Below, piece after piece: positions 9,073 to 19,001 of a stretch of DNA of 64,000 bases. The notes beneath the pieces are model-generated. The model did no database searches. It was given only the letters and a program-made list of their open reading frames with translations, and had not been told where the DNA came from. How positions within the stretch are numbered: the stretch's first letter is position 1; each line of letters opens with the position of its first letter. A program made the position numbers and the translations under genes. Source of the DNA: Chthoniobacterales bacterium (GTDB lineage: Bacteria; Verrucomicrobiota; Verrucomicrobiia; Chthoniobacterales; Terrimicrobiaceae); NCBI GenBank assembly GCA_014879575.1, contig JACSRU010000113.1:2390-66389 (forward strand). The letters run 5' to 3'.

Positions 9073-9843
9073 TTATTTCAAGGTTCCGGTCCCCCACCGC
9101 CGGTGGAGGAATCTTTCCCACGGGGCAAAAAGCAGCTTGTCGGCAAGAAGACCTATGCCAATCAGCACGACCATGATCGCCATCACCTGATCCATAGCAT
9201 GGAGTTCGCGCCCATAATGGAGCAACTGACCGAGACCAAATCCGGTAAGAATCGTCACAAAAATTTCCGCCGCCATGAGGGAGCGCCACGCAAACGCCCA
9301 CCCTTGCTTCATTCCTCCAACGAGATAGGGAAGCGAAGCCGGCAGAATGACCCGCACCCAGGAGTGCAGTCCGGAGGAGCCCATCGTCCGGGCCGCGCGG
9401 AGATAGATCGGCGGCATCGAACGCACCCCGTCGCTGGTGGCGATAATGACGGACCAGAGCGTGCCCATGACGACCACAAAAAGCATGGCCACCTCGGTCT
9501 GCCCGAACCATCCGAGCGCGAGCGGCACCCAGCAAACACTCGGCAGGGCCTGCATGCCCAACGCCAAGACCCCAACGGTGTCTCGGAAAATTTTGAATTT
9601 TGCCGTGAAGAGTCCGAGCGGAATCCCCACAAGCAAGCCTGTCACATAGCCGATCAACAGGCGCTTGACGGTCACCAGCGCCGCCGTCCCCAGCGTCCCG
9701 TCGGTGGTCGCCTGCCAGAGATACTCGGCGACGTTCGACGGGGGAGGAAACATGACCTGGGAAAATTTCCCCGAGCTGGCGGCGAGCTGCCAGAGCCCGA
9801 TCAGGAGGACAAAGAAGAGGACCGATGTGAAAGCGCCTTTCAT
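9073..9843 (-). CDS. ABC transporter permease (sulfonate/nitrate/taurine SsuC/TauC type)
   Basis: Six-TM BPD-type permease, 256 aa; overlaps the ATPase gene by 4 nt. Confidence 0.85.
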   Translation of the reverse strand: MKGAFTSVLFFVLLIGLWQLAASSGKFSQVMFPPPSNVAEYLWQATTDGTLGTAALVTVKRLLIGYVTGLLVGIPLGLFTAKFKIFRDTVGVLALGMQALPSVCWVPLALGWFGQTEVAMLFVVVMGTLWSVIIATSDGVRSMPPIYLRAARTMGSSGLHSWVRVILPASLPYLVGGMKQGWAFAWRSLMAAEIFVTILTGFGLGQLLHYGRELHAMDQVMAIMVVLIGIGLLADKLLFAPWERFLHRRWGTGTLK

Positions 9844-10652
9844 TCCGCGACCTCCCTTCCCGAGCCTTCGGTGAAACCCTTGAGGGCCGCCGTGATTTCG
9901 GTCGAATAGTGGGCAAGTTCCACGCTGTTGATGTCACGCGGCCGGGGAAGCGTCACGATAAACTCCCGGCGGATGCGTCCGGGATTCGGGGAAAACAAAA
10001 TTACGCGGTCGCCGAGGCAGGCGGCTTCACGGACATTGTGTGTGACGAAGATGATCGTCTTCCGCCGCGCCTCCCAGATTCTCTGGATGTCTCCGTAAAG
10101 TTGTTCGCGGGTCAGGGCATCCAGCGCGGCAAATGGCTCGTCCATGAGCAGGACGCGCGGGTTCGGTGCCAGGGCCCGGGCGAGCGCCACACGTTGCTTC
10201 ATTCCGCCGGAAAGCTCATGGATGTTCGAATGGTGGAATTTCTCCAGCCCGACAAGGTGAAGATAATACTCCGCCACCTCACGCCGCTCCCTGTCGTTGA
10301 GTCCCGGCTTGAGTTTCAGCCCAAAAAGGACATTGCCCATCACGTCGAGCCATGGAAACAACGCGTGTTCCTGGAACATGACCATCCGATCCCGGCCCGG
10401 CGAGGTCACCACTTCGCCATTTGCGAGGACGCGCCCGGAATCCGGCTGCTCGAGCCCGGCAATGATGTTGAGGAGGGTTGACTTCCCGCATCCGCTCGGT
10501 CCGACCAGACAGACAAATTCCCCCTCGGAAATCTTGAGATGAATCGCATCCAGCGCGCTGACGACACGATGCTTCGTGGCGAACGACTTGGAGATCCCGT
10601 CCACCTCGATCCGCTCTGGCGGAAGGTTTTTCAGCTCGTGCTCGATGCTCAT
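9840..10652 (-). CDS. ABC transporter ATP-binding protein (SsuB/TauB type)
   Basis: Walker [10 protein letters not shown], signature LSGGMKQRVALARAL, Walker B LLMDEPFAALD, H-loop VTHN. Confidence 0.88.
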   Translation of the reverse strand: MSIEHELKNLPPERIEVDGISKSFATKHRVVSALDAIHLKISEGEFVCLVGPSGCGKSTLLNIIAGLEQPDSGRVLANGEVVTSPGRDRMVMFQEHALFPWLDVMGNVLFGLKLKPGLNDRERREVAEYYLHLVGLEKFHHSNIHELSGGMKQRVALARALAPNPRVLLMDEPFAALDALTREQLYGDIQRIWEARRKTIIFVTHNVREAACLGDRVILFSPNPGRIRREFIVTLPRPRDINSVELAHYSTEITAALKGFTEGSGREVAE

Positions 10653-11596
10653 GGACGCCAGATCAGTTTATCAAGGTTGACATCGGCCCGAAGGAACCCG
10701 ACCTGCCGGGCCTGCGTGAGAAACGTGGCAAAGGGCTCGACAGTGATTTCATCGTTTGGATTGAGCCGTGTCCAGGCTTCCTTGACCAGCTCGGCGGAAA
10801 TTTTTTTGTGCATGATCGCGCTGATTTCGTCGCACACACGCCGCTGCGCCTCTTCCGGATTCGCCAGCACCCAGGCGGTGAGTTCCCGGTGCGCCTGCAA
10901 AAATTTTTCCGATAATCCGGGGTTCTCGACCAGGAAACCCTCCCGCGCGGCCAGCAAAGTCGTCAGGGCCCCCTTGTCGGCAAAAAGTATCCTTCCACCG
11001 GCCTCGTTCATCAGTCGGGTCACCCACGGCTCCACGGTCCAGGCGGCATCGATTTTTCCCTGCTGAAACAGGGAAAGGATGTCGGGGTTGGCCGTTGGAA
11101 TCACCCGGGCCTGCCCGCCGATCAGTGTCACTTTGATCCCCTGGTTGATCAACCAGGCCCGACAGACCACGTCCTGCGTGTTGCCGAGCTGCGGGGTGGC
11201 AATGATTTTCCCCCGAAAATCGTCCAACCGGGTGATCGTATCCCCCCGGACCACGAGAGCCTCCCCGCCCTGCATGGCCCCACTGAGCACCCGCACCTCC
11301 CTGCCGTTCGCCCGCGCATACGCATTCACCACCGGACTCGGCCCCACATAGGTAAAATCCACCGACTGCGTGAAAATCCCCTCCATCGCGGAGGGGCCCG
11401 CATTGTAAACCATCCACTCAATTTTTACCGGCTCCCCAAGCCGCGTCTCGAACCACCCCTTTCCTTCGCGGCTCATGTTCGCCGCTACGAGTCCCTGCGC
11501 ATGGGTGACATTCGGAAACACCCCGACACGCACCACCTGCTGCGCCTGCAACATGGAAATTGACGCACCCAGCATGAGAAAAAATCGCCAGACCAT
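10649..11596 (-). CDS. ABC substrate-binding protein (NMT1/SsuA-like)
   Basis: Start set at MVWRFFLMLGASISMLQAQQ (signal peptide, ATG 11596). VGVFPNVTHAQGLVA is typical of the sulfonate/nitrate SBP family. The upstream 76 codons of the track ORF look non-coding. Confidence 0.8.
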   Translation of the reverse strand: MVWRFFLMLGASISMLQAQQVVRVGVFPNVTHAQGLVAANMSREGKGWFETRLGEPVKIEWMVYNAGPSAMEGIFTQSVDFTYVGPSPVVNAYARANGREVRVLSGAMQGGEALVVRGDTITRLDDFRGKIIATPQLGNTQDVVCRAWLINQGIKVTLIGGQARVIPTANPDILSLFQQGKIDAAWTVEPWVTRLMNEAGGRILFADKGALTTLLAAREGFLVENPGLSEKFLQAHRELTAWVLANPEEAQRRVCDEISAIMHKKISAELVKEAWTRLNPNDEITVEPFATFLTQARQVGFLRADVNLDKLIWRP

Positions 11597-11985
11597 CCTG
11601 TGGCGCAGGATGATCGAAATTCCCCGCCGGTCAACGCGGCATCTTCCTTTCGCCCCAGCCATTATTTGAGACCCTTCCCCTGCCTGCGGCACCTCAACGC
11701 AACATCTGGAAAAAACCCTCGATCCCCCCCTCCGGACCCCTCCAGCGAATTCTCCAGGAAATTTCGTGCCTTTCGCTGACACGGAATCTGCTGAAAAAAA
11801 TTCTCTGGATTTTTTGAAAACCATACCATGCCGGATATACGATCAAATTAAGCGTTATTTGAAAAATTGTCAATTCCGACCTTCACTTCACAAAACCTCC
11901 GGAACGATCTGGCCCCGTTTTCTGTTCTGCCTCGAAAAGCACCAATCCTCTTGCGAAGCGGCTGCCGGTGGCATAGCACGGTTTT

Positions 11986-13767
11986 GTGAATATTTACGCA
12001 AGGGCTCTCCGGTATTTTCGGGCATTCTTTTGGCCGACGCTGGGCGGAGTGCTGCTGACTTTTGTCGCCATCGGGCTCAACCTTCTGAAGCCCTGGCCGT
12101 TCAAGTTTATTGTGGATGGGGTTCTCGATTCCTCGAAGGGAACTGCGGACGCGCGGACCTTCGTGCATTTTTGGTTTGGGGAAAACAATCCCTTCGGCGC
12201 AGTGCTCGGGCTTTCCCTCGTGCTGGTTGTGATCACACTTCTGGCGGGACTGGTGAACATGGTTTCCAGCTACCTTTTCATTCGTGTCGGATTGCGGGCA
12301 CTTCTGCAATTGCGCACCGATCTCTACTCGGCCCTGCAGTCCCTGCCCCTGAAGTTCCATGATGCCCGCCGGAGCGCGGATTCGAGTTTCCGGGTGGCCT
12401 ACGACTCCCAAAGCATCCAGACAATTTACAACAAGGGGTTCGCCACAATCCTTGCGGCGGTTGTGATGTTGGTGTCCGCACTTTTCGTGATGTTCCGGAT
12501 GAACTGGCAGCTGACGCTCGCCTCGCTGGCGATCCTTCCCTTCATGGTTTTCGCGATTCGGCACTACGCGGAACGCGTCAGGAGGCAATCAACCACCATC
12601 CAGGAACGGGAAAGCGATCTGCTCACGCTCGCCCAGGAGGGGTTGAGTCAGATCCGGATGGTTCATGCCTTCGGGCAGGAAGCCTATGAGATCGGGCAAT
12701 TCAGTCGCCGGGCGGCACAGAGTCTGGAGGCCAACATGCGCCTCAACATGACTTCGGTTGCGAGCGGACTCGTCGTGGGAACGCTCACGGCACTGGGTAC
12801 GGCGATCATGTATTATGTGGGATCCGTGCAGGTGCTCCAGACCCAGGGGGCCTTCACGCTGGGGGATCTCCTGGTCTTTTCCTCCTACCTGGTGATGCTC
12901 TACCAGCCCTTGGAACAACTGACCTACACGGCCTGGGCGCTGGAAGGTGCTGCCGCAGGAGCGACGCGGTGCTTCGAGGTGCTGGACTACGACAACGATG
13001 TGCCCGACGCCCCGGAGGCCAAAGTCATCGCGTCCGTCCAGGGGCGCATCGAGTTCTGCGGGGTTTCCTTCGGCTACACCCACGAGCGGCAGATCCTCCA
13101 GGAGATCAATTTTACGATCGAGCCCGGACAAACGGTGGCATTTGTCGGCGGCACGGGCACGGGGAAGAGCACGCTGCTGAGTCTCGTCCCCAGATTCTAT
13201 GATCCGGGAGCCGGCGTGGTCGCGCTCGATGGGAACGACCTGCGCGGCCTCACGAAGCAAAGCCTCCGCTCCCACATCGGCATGGTGCTTCAGGACACAC
13301 TGCTCTTTTCCACGACCATCAAGGAAAACATCGCCTACGGAAGACCGGGCGCCACCGACCAGGAAATCCTCGAGGCGGCCAAGCGCGCGCAGGCCCACGA
13401 TTTCATCCTGCAAATGCCACTGGGATTCGACAGTCCGGTCGGCGAACGCGGCGGCCACCTGAGCGTCGGGCAGAGGCAGAGGATCGGGATCGCCCGCGCC
13501 TTTTTGAAAGATTCCCCCATCCTCCTGTTGGACGAGCCCACGAGCGCGCTCGATCCCACGACCGAGCACGCGATCATGGAGACCATTTCAGAACTCATGC
13601 GGGGACGCACGACGTTGATCGTGACCCATCGTCTCGCGACCATCCACGCGCTTGGCCGCATTATTGTCATGCACAAGGGGCGCATTGTGGAAGACGGTTT
13701 CGGCCCGGATCTCCTCAAAAAAAACGGGCTCTACGCGACCCTCTATCGCGACGCGCAGGCGGAATAA
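11986..13767 (+). CDS. ABC exporter, fused permease/ATPase (MsbA-like)
   Basis: Six-TM domain then GGTGTGKSTL, LSVGQRQRIGIARAF, ILLLDEPTSALD. GTG start. Confidence 0.85.
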   Translation: MNIYARALRYFRAFFWPTLGGVLLTFVAIGLNLLKPWPFKFIVDGVLDSSKGTADARTFVHFWFGENNPFGAVLGLSLVLVVITLLAGLVNMVSSYLFIRVGLRALLQLRTDLYSALQSLPLKFHDARRSADSSFRVAYDSQSIQTIYNKGFATILAAVVMLVSALFVMFRMNWQLTLASLAILPFMVFAIRHYAERVRRQSTTIQERESDLLTLAQEGLSQIRMVHAFGQEAYEIGQFSRRAAQSLEANMRLNMTSVASGLVVGTLTALGTAIMYYVGSVQVLQTQGAFTLGDLLVFSSYLVMLYQPLEQLTYTAWALEGAAAGATRCFEVLDYDNDVPDAPEAKVIASVQGRIEFCGVSFGYTHERQILQEINFTIEPGQTVAFVGGTGTGKSTLLSLVPRFYDPGAGVVALDGNDLRGLTKQSLRSHIGMVLQDTLLFSTTIKENIAYGRPGATDQEILEAAKRAQAHDFILQMPLGFDSPVGERGGHLSVGQRQRIGIARAFLKDSPILLLDEPTSALDPTTEHAIMETISELMRGRTTLIVTHRLATIHALGRIIVMHKGRIVEDGFGPDLLKKNGLYATLYRDAQAE

Positions 13768-13788
13768 CCCCGGCGAGCCTGCGGGTTC

Positions 13789-15159
13789 TCAGGTTTCCCG
13801 GAGGTCGGCATTCTGGCCCTCGCGTCCGCGAAGACGGAGAAGAATGGGAAGTCCCGGGTATTCCCATTTGTCCCGAATCCGCCGACACAGGTAATTCACG
13901 TAGCTGTCCATGAGCAAACGCGGATCATTAACAAAGAGGACAAACTGGGGCGGCTTGATTGCCGAGGGCCCGGGATCCTTCACCTGCGTGATGTAGAGGA
14001 GTTTGAAGCGTTTGTTGCCCTTCGTCGCTGGTGCCTGACGTTCGATCGCCGCGCGGATCACACGGTTCAACTCCCCGGTGCCCGCCCGCCGTGTCGAATG
14101 TTCGCGGACTTTCTCCACCATTGTGAAAAGCCGCCGCACATTGTCGCCGGTCTTTGCCGAGAGGACGACCACCGGCGCGAAATCGAGAAAAAACAACTTT
14201 TGCCTGACACGCTCGACGAACTCGCGCACCAACCCGGGATCGTGCCGCCCATCCGCCGCGACAAGATCCCATTTATTCAGAACGATCACAGCGGGTTTTT
14301 TCGCCTCCTGGATAAGGCCCGCGATTTTTTTGTCCTGAGCCGTGACCCCCGTGGTGGCGTCAATGACGAGCACATTCAAATCGGCGCGCAGGATCGTCTT
14401 TTCCGAGCGCATCACGCTGAAAACCTCGACCGACGTGTTGTGTTTCGAGCGGTGGCGGATCCCTGCCGTGTCGCAGAGAATATACGACCGGCCTTCACGG
14501 ACGGTCGCGACATCTACGGCATCCCGCGTGGTGCCGGCGATTTCGCTCACCGTGGAGCGTTTGTCCCCGAGAATCGCATTCACGAGAGAGGACTTCCCGA
14601 CATTTGGGCGTCCGATGATGGCAAGCTTCGGAGCGGGCTCCGGAGTTTCCGCATCCCGCCGGGCCGGAGGCGGCAGGATCGTTTCGATGGCTTGCACGAG
14701 GTCGCGGATCCCGCGTCCGTGGGCCGCGCTGACCGGCAGCATCCGGGAAAAGCCGAGACGGGAAAACTCCGCCGCCAGCGACTCATGCGCCTCGACATCC
14801 ACCTTGTTTACGACGAGGAGAACCGGCGTAGCCGCCGAGCGGATCAGCGCGGCCAGATCGGCATCCAGCGGAGCAACCCCCTCCTGGGCATCCGTGACGA
14901 AAAGGATCAAATCTGCGGACTCCATCGCAATCATTGCGCCCTCGCGGGTGGACTCCGCAAAATCCGGATCCGGATCCCCGCCAATCCCGCCCGTGTCCAC
15001 GATCTCGAAGGGAGCCTCCCCGAGCTTGCAAACCGAGGCGATCCGGTCCCGCGTGACGCCCGGCTGGTCATGGACAATGGAAATCCTCCGTCCAGCCAGA
15101 CGATTGAAGAGCGCGGATTTCCCGACATTTGGGCGTCCGACGATGGCGATATTGCGCAT
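13789..15159 (-). CDS. der: ribosome-associated GTPase Der/EngA
   Basis: Two GTPase domains (GRPNVGKSALFN and GRPNVGKSSLVN) plus a KH-like C-terminus. Start at MRNIAIVGRPN (ATG 15159). Confidence 0.92.
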   Translation of the reverse strand: MRNIAIVGRPNVGKSALFNRLAGRRISIVHDQPGVTRDRIASVCKLGEAPFEIVDTGGIGGDPDPDFAESTREGAMIAMESADLILFVTDAQEGVAPLDADLAALIRSAATPVLLVVNKVDVEAHESLAAEFSRLGFSRMLPVSAAHGRGIRDLVQAIETILPPPARRDAETPEPAPKLAIIGRPNVGKSSLVNAILGDKRSTVSEIAGTTRDAVDVATVREGRSYILCDTAGIRHRSKHNTSVEVFSVMRSEKTILRADLNVLVIDATTGVTAQDKKIAGLIQEAKKPAVIVLNKWDLVAADGRHDPGLVREFVERVRQKLFFLDFAPVVVLSAKTGDNVRRLFTMVEKVREHSTRRAGTGELNRVIRAAIERQAPATKGNKRFKLLYITQVKDPGPSAIKPPQFVLFVNDPRLLMDSYVNYLCRRIRDKWEYPGLPILLRLRGREGQNADLRET

Positions 15160-15164
15160 GAAAA

Positions 15165-15734
15165 TCAGTGGGTATGTTCGTGATGGCGGAGCTGACGGAT
15201 CCCTCGGGAGACATAGATCACCCCGCTGGCCAGCGTGAAGAATCCGGCAACATAAACAGAGGGGAGATGATTCGGCAACTGAAGCATGACCCATGCGATG
15301 GCCACCATCTGAGCGGCGGTGGCCGCCTTGCCCGTAAAGGCAACGACCACCTCGAGCTTCTGGTCGAGGTGAAACAATACCGCGTAGCCGACTAGAATCA
15401 CCGCATCGCGCCCAATGACCAGAACTGGAAACCAGATGGGAAACTGATACGTCCAGTTGCTGAAGCTCAGGGTGATGATCGCCGTGAGCAGAAGTCCCTT
15501 GTCCGCGATGGGATCAAGGATGCTGCCGAGCTTGCTGCGCTGGTTCCAGTGCCGGGCGATCCAGCCGTCAATCCCATCGCTGGCCGAGGCAACAAGAAAT
15601 GTGATGATGGCCGCCCATCGAAGCCACTCCCGGGGCTCACCCGCCTCGATCCCCTTCCCGTAGTAAATGCAAAAGAGCACGAACAGCGGAATCAGGAGGA
15701 TTCTCGAAATGGTGATCTTGTTGGCGAGCGTCAT
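15165..15734 (-). CDS. pgsA: CDP-diacylglycerol--glycerol-3-phosphate 3-phosphatidyltransferase (CDP-alcohol phosphatidyltransferase family)
   Basis: DGIDGWIARHWNQRSKLGSILDPIADK motif. Start at MTLANKITISRI (ATG 15734). Confidence 0.85.
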   Translation of the reverse strand: MTLANKITISRILLIPLFVLFCIYYGKGIEAGEPREWLRWAAIITFLVASASDGIDGWIARHWNQRSKLGSILDPIADKGLLLTAIITLSFSNWTYQFPIWFPVLVIGRDAVILVGYAVLFHLDQKLEVVVAFTGKAATAAQMVAIAWVMLQLPNHLPSVYVAGFFTLASGVIYVSRGIRQLRHHEHTH

Positions 15735-15890
15735 AACCGTACGGGATTCGGCAGAGGCGAGGATTGGGGACTCTTTTTGGTCTGTGGCGGGCTTGAGGTT
15801 GTTTTCTCCGGATTTTTTTGGCCTGACAGGGACAACATTCCACAGGAGCAGGCTTGAAGGCAATGCCACACTCGGGTTCCATCATGTCCG

Positions 15891-16550
15891 GTGAGTGCCA
15901 TCGCGTGCAAGAATCTGACCTGTGTGAAACCCGACTGGAACAACGGCGGCACCGGACGGGTTGTCGATTTCTCCGACACTTTCGAGGCCGGGGAGTTTAT
16001 CGGATTTTGTGGCGAGGACGGATCCGGGAAGGGACTCCTCTTGAATGTGATCGGCCTTCTCGAAAAAGCCGACTCCGGTCAACTGGTCCTCCTCGGGCAT
16101 GATGTGGGGGATTTCTCCGAGGAGGATACCGCGACATTCCGCAATGAAGCCTGTGGATTTCTCTTCAGCCATCCCTGTTTGCTGCCCTCCTTCACGGTTG
16201 CGGAGAATGTGGCCATGCCACTTTTCCGAATTTGTGGCGGGGGAGCCGCCGAGGCCAGAAAGCGGACGCGGGAAGTTCTGGAGTTCGCAGGCATCGGGGA
16301 CTTTGAAACAGCGAGAACCGGAAAGCTCGATCCCATACTGCGCTGGCGGGCGGCCCTTGCCCGGGCTCTGGTGCATGATCCCCGGGTTCTCATCGCGATT
16401 TCCCCGCCCGACCCCGATCTTCTGCCCCTGGCGAAACTCGCCGCCGCAAACTACCATCTCACCGTGCTCTGGGCCGGCTGCCGCGAGGATGTCACCCCTT
16501 ATGCGGATCGAATGATTGAAATGAAGGATGGGCACGCCATCGGACAATGA
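15891..16550 (+). CDS. ABC-ATPase-fold protein with degenerate catalytic motifs
   Basis: LolD/MacB-like fold, but Walker A is GEDGSGKG, the Q-loop is FLFS, the signature is LDPILRWRAA instead of LSGGxQQR, Walker B is VLIAISPP (no D-E), and no H-loop His is seen. 4-nt ATGA overlap with the next gene. Confidence 0.7.
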   Translation: MSAIACKNLTCVKPDWNNGGTGRVVDFSDTFEAGEFIGFCGEDGSGKGLLLNVIGLLEKADSGQLVLLGHDVGDFSEEDTATFRNEACGFLFSHPCLLPSFTVAENVAMPLFRICGGGAAEARKRTREVLEFAGIGDFETARTGKLDPILRWRAALARALVHDPRVLIAISPPDPDLLPLAKLAAANYHLTVLWAGCREDVTPYADRMIEMKDGHAIGQ

Positions 16551-17356
16551 TTGCGCTCGCTCCGGCAGAATCCGCAAAGAGGTCGCATCTCGCCTTTGCG
16601 CTCCTCTGGCTGCCGGTGGAGCGGCGGCGCGACGCCATGATCTTCTTCCGCTTCTGCCGAGCCGTGGATGACATCGCTGACGAGGCCGGAAGGAACGAGG
16701 AGGAACGCCGACACCTTCTGCAGGAATGGCTCGCCGCCGTGGAATCCCACCGCCTTCCCGCGGAGCTTGAAACTGTCGTGCAAATCCACGCGATCGAGCG
16801 AACCCTCCTCTCGGAAATCATCCGGGGCTGTGCGATGGATATCCGTCCGGCACGATTCGAGACATTTGCCGACCTCGAAAAATATTGCTGGCGGGTCGCC
16901 TGCGCGGTCGGGCTTGCCTCGGTTCGGATTTTCGGATGCAAAGAGTCGGCCAGCACCCTCTACGCCGAAAACCTTGGCCATGCCCTCCAACTCACAAACA
17001 TCCTTCGCGATGTGGGCGAGGACGCCGCCGCCGGGCGCATTTACCTGCCCCTTGCCGATCTGCACCGTTTCGAGGTGCGCGAAGAGGATCTCCTCCAGGG
17101 GAAGTCCCCGTCCGGTTTCCTCCCCTTGATGCGCTTCGAAGCCGGACGCGCCCGCGCCCGCTTTCACGCCGCCGTTCCCCCGGCTGCGGACAAACAGGAA
17201 CTCCTGGCTCCGGAAATCATGAAAGCCATCTATTTCCGCATTCTTTCCCGCCTGGAAAAATCCCAATTCCCGGTCTTCGCCCGCCGGATCCATATCGGAA
17301 AGACCGAAAAACTTCTCATCGCCCTTGCCCAAACCCTCCGCCTGCGCCTCTCCTGA
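16547..17356 (+). CDS. squalene/phytoene synthase family protein (HpnD/HpnC-like)
   Basis: Asp-rich motifs FCRAVDDIADE and ILRDVGEDAAAGRIYLP, plus YCWRVACAVG. Confidence 0.8.
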   Translation: MIALAPAESAKRSHLAFALLWLPVERRRDAMIFFRFCRAVDDIADEAGRNEEERRHLLQEWLAAVESHRLPAELETVVQIHAIERTLLSEIIRGCAMDIRPARFETFADLEKYCWRVACAVGLASVRIFGCKESASTLYAENLGHALQLTNILRDVGEDAAAGRIYLPLADLHRFEVREEDLLQGKSPSGFLPLMRFEAGRARARFHAAVPPAADKQELLAPEIMKAIYFRILSRLEKSQFPVFARRIHIGKTEKLLIALAQTLRLRLS

Positions 17357-17551
17357 TGGCAACACTTCAGCGGGGCCGGGGCACAGGTTGCCTGCGCACG
17401 GGCGATCAGCAGCGCACTTGTTCTCCTGCTCCTGTGAGGGAAGGCTGCGCCATCCTGCCTGGCCCTTTTAATTAACCTTTCATTTAATATCTTCCTCTAG
17501 CGTTGGGCTTTTTTATTTGATTCTTCAGGGGCACCCGCTTAAAGGTTGCGC

Positions 17552-18616
17552 ATGGAAAATGTTTTAACCACTGGGGCAGCCGCACTCATCCTCGGCGTAA
17601 GTCAAGCCCGAATCCGAAAGTTGATCAAGGAAGGACGCCTTCCGTCTGAAAAAAGAGGTCGCGACCTTCTACTCCAAGAAACTGATGTTCAGGTTTTTGC
17701 TAAACACGGAAGAAAAAAAATCGGTCGGCCAACAGACAACGGTTGCTCGTGCGCAATGGTCGCGGAAGATGAGGGCATGTATCAAACATCCAACGAATCA
17801 ATCCAAACTATTGGGAACGGAGAAATCCGGCTTGGTGACGCTCTGAATGTGTTGCCGAGTCTCCCGTCCAATCAGTTTCAAATGATCATCGCTGATCCTC
17901 CATATTTTCAAGTGCTCTTGGAAGAGCAATGGGACAACACATGGCACTCATCTGATGAATATCTAAACTGGACGTTAGACTGGGTTCGTGAATGCAAACG
18001 CGTTTTAAAACAAGATGGTCTTCTATATATTTTCGGGCAGCTCGGGAAGCGAGAGCATGTATGGCTGCACACATGCTCGATGCTGGCAAAAGAAATGCAG
18101 TTTCACGACATGATCATTTGGGACAGAGCCGTTGGTTACAACGAACGATACGACTCGTTTACTCCGCAATACGAGATGATTCTGGTGCTGCGCCAGACCG
18201 CGAATGCAAAACCCTATTTTGACAAAGATGCTGTTCGACTTCCTTATGATGAAGATAAGATTCAATCATACTTGCGAGACAAGAGATATAAAGACAAAGA
18301 CGCGAGGGAAAGACACCTGCGGAAAGGCAAATATGCAACAAACATAGTTCGCATTCCGTCGCTCAAGGGCTCCTCAAAGGAAAAAATTGGTCATCCATCG
18401 CAAAAGCCGATCACGCTGATAAATCAGCTAATATCCGCAAGCACACGAAAAGGAGATTATGTCCTCGATCCGTTTCTTGGAAGCGGGACAACGGCTGCCG
18501 CAGCACAGGAATTAGGGCGTCGTTGGTTGGGAATAGAATCCCATCCCGATTATGTTAAAATCACACGGAAGAGGCTTTCAGACATTATCGCCATTCCTGA
18601 ATTCAGTCTCGATTGA
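17552..18616 (+). CDS. beta-class N6A/N4C DNA methyltransferase with N-terminal excisionase-type HTH
   Basis: HTH: LTTGAAALILGVSQARIRKLIKEGRLPSEK. Motif IV is IIADPPY, upstream of motif I DPFLGSGTTAAAA (beta permutation). The region is visibly AT-richer than its flanks. Confidence 0.85.
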   Translation: MENVLTTGAAALILGVSQARIRKLIKEGRLPSEKRGRDLLLQETDVQVFAKHGRKKIGRPTDNGCSCAMVAEDEGMYQTSNESIQTIGNGEIRLGDALNVLPSLPSNQFQMIIADPPYFQVLLEEQWDNTWHSSDEYLNWTLDWVRECKRVLKQDGLLYIFGQLGKREHVWLHTCSMLAKEMQFHDMIIWDRAVGYNERYDSFTPQYEMILVLRQTANAKPYFDKDAVRLPYDEDKIQSYLRDKRYKDKDARERHLRKGKYATNIVRIPSLKGSSKEKIGHPSQKPITLINQLISASTRKGDYVLDPFLGSGTTAAAAQELGRRWLGIESHPDYVKITRKRLSDIIAIPEFSLD

Positions 18617-18977
18617 ACCTACGCGATCCAGAGATCACAGGGTTTTCAAAAGCAACACCAAACAGACTTGGTGAGTCCGTGGGCAAAGGCGAGCGACCGG
18701 AAAAGCGCCAGAAAGTGCTAAACGGAAGGGAACATTGAATCCTTCGCTGAGCCCTTGAATCAATTTTGGGATTTATCACAAGTTTACCACCAGACTTTAA
18801 TGCGAAATTGCCTTTCCATTCCTGCGCAAGTTCACGCGCTCTTGAGTAGGGGATACTCATGTCCTTGATTTGTGAATCTATTCGAGAAATCTCCTCAAGA
18901 CTTAAGTCAGCCCAAAGATTGTTCCAATCAGAAACACCAATCGGAGAGGATGAATCCGGGCTCGCCGGGGGTGGGTT
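18603..18977 (-). pseudogene. possible 5'-truncated / decayed gene convergent with the methyltransferase
   Basis: The open frame runs from the stop at 18978-18980 down to 18603, but the only start codon is ATG 18860. The upstream part reads ..SDWNNLWADLSLEEISRIDSQIKDMSIPYSRARELAQEWKGNFALKSGGKLVINPKIDS. The tail looks like random sequence. AT-rich like the MTase; overlaps its 3' end by 14 nt. Confidence 0.25.
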
Positions 18978-19001
18978 TCAAGAGGCACATTGGCTGGTGG
19001 A

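Noticed and set aside
9002-9937. N-terminal 312 codons of the 721-aa track ORF 7772..9937(-)
   Set aside because: Arg/Gly/His-rich nonsense-like sequence that overlaps the ABC permease gene (9073-9843) on the same strand in another frame. The recognisable protein starts at MTEPHITCPNCG (9001).
13768-13788. Short imperfect palindrome (aaccccggcgagcctgcgggtt) between the convergent exporter and der genes
   Set aside because: Only about 5 clean base pairs and no U-tract; too weak to call a terminator.
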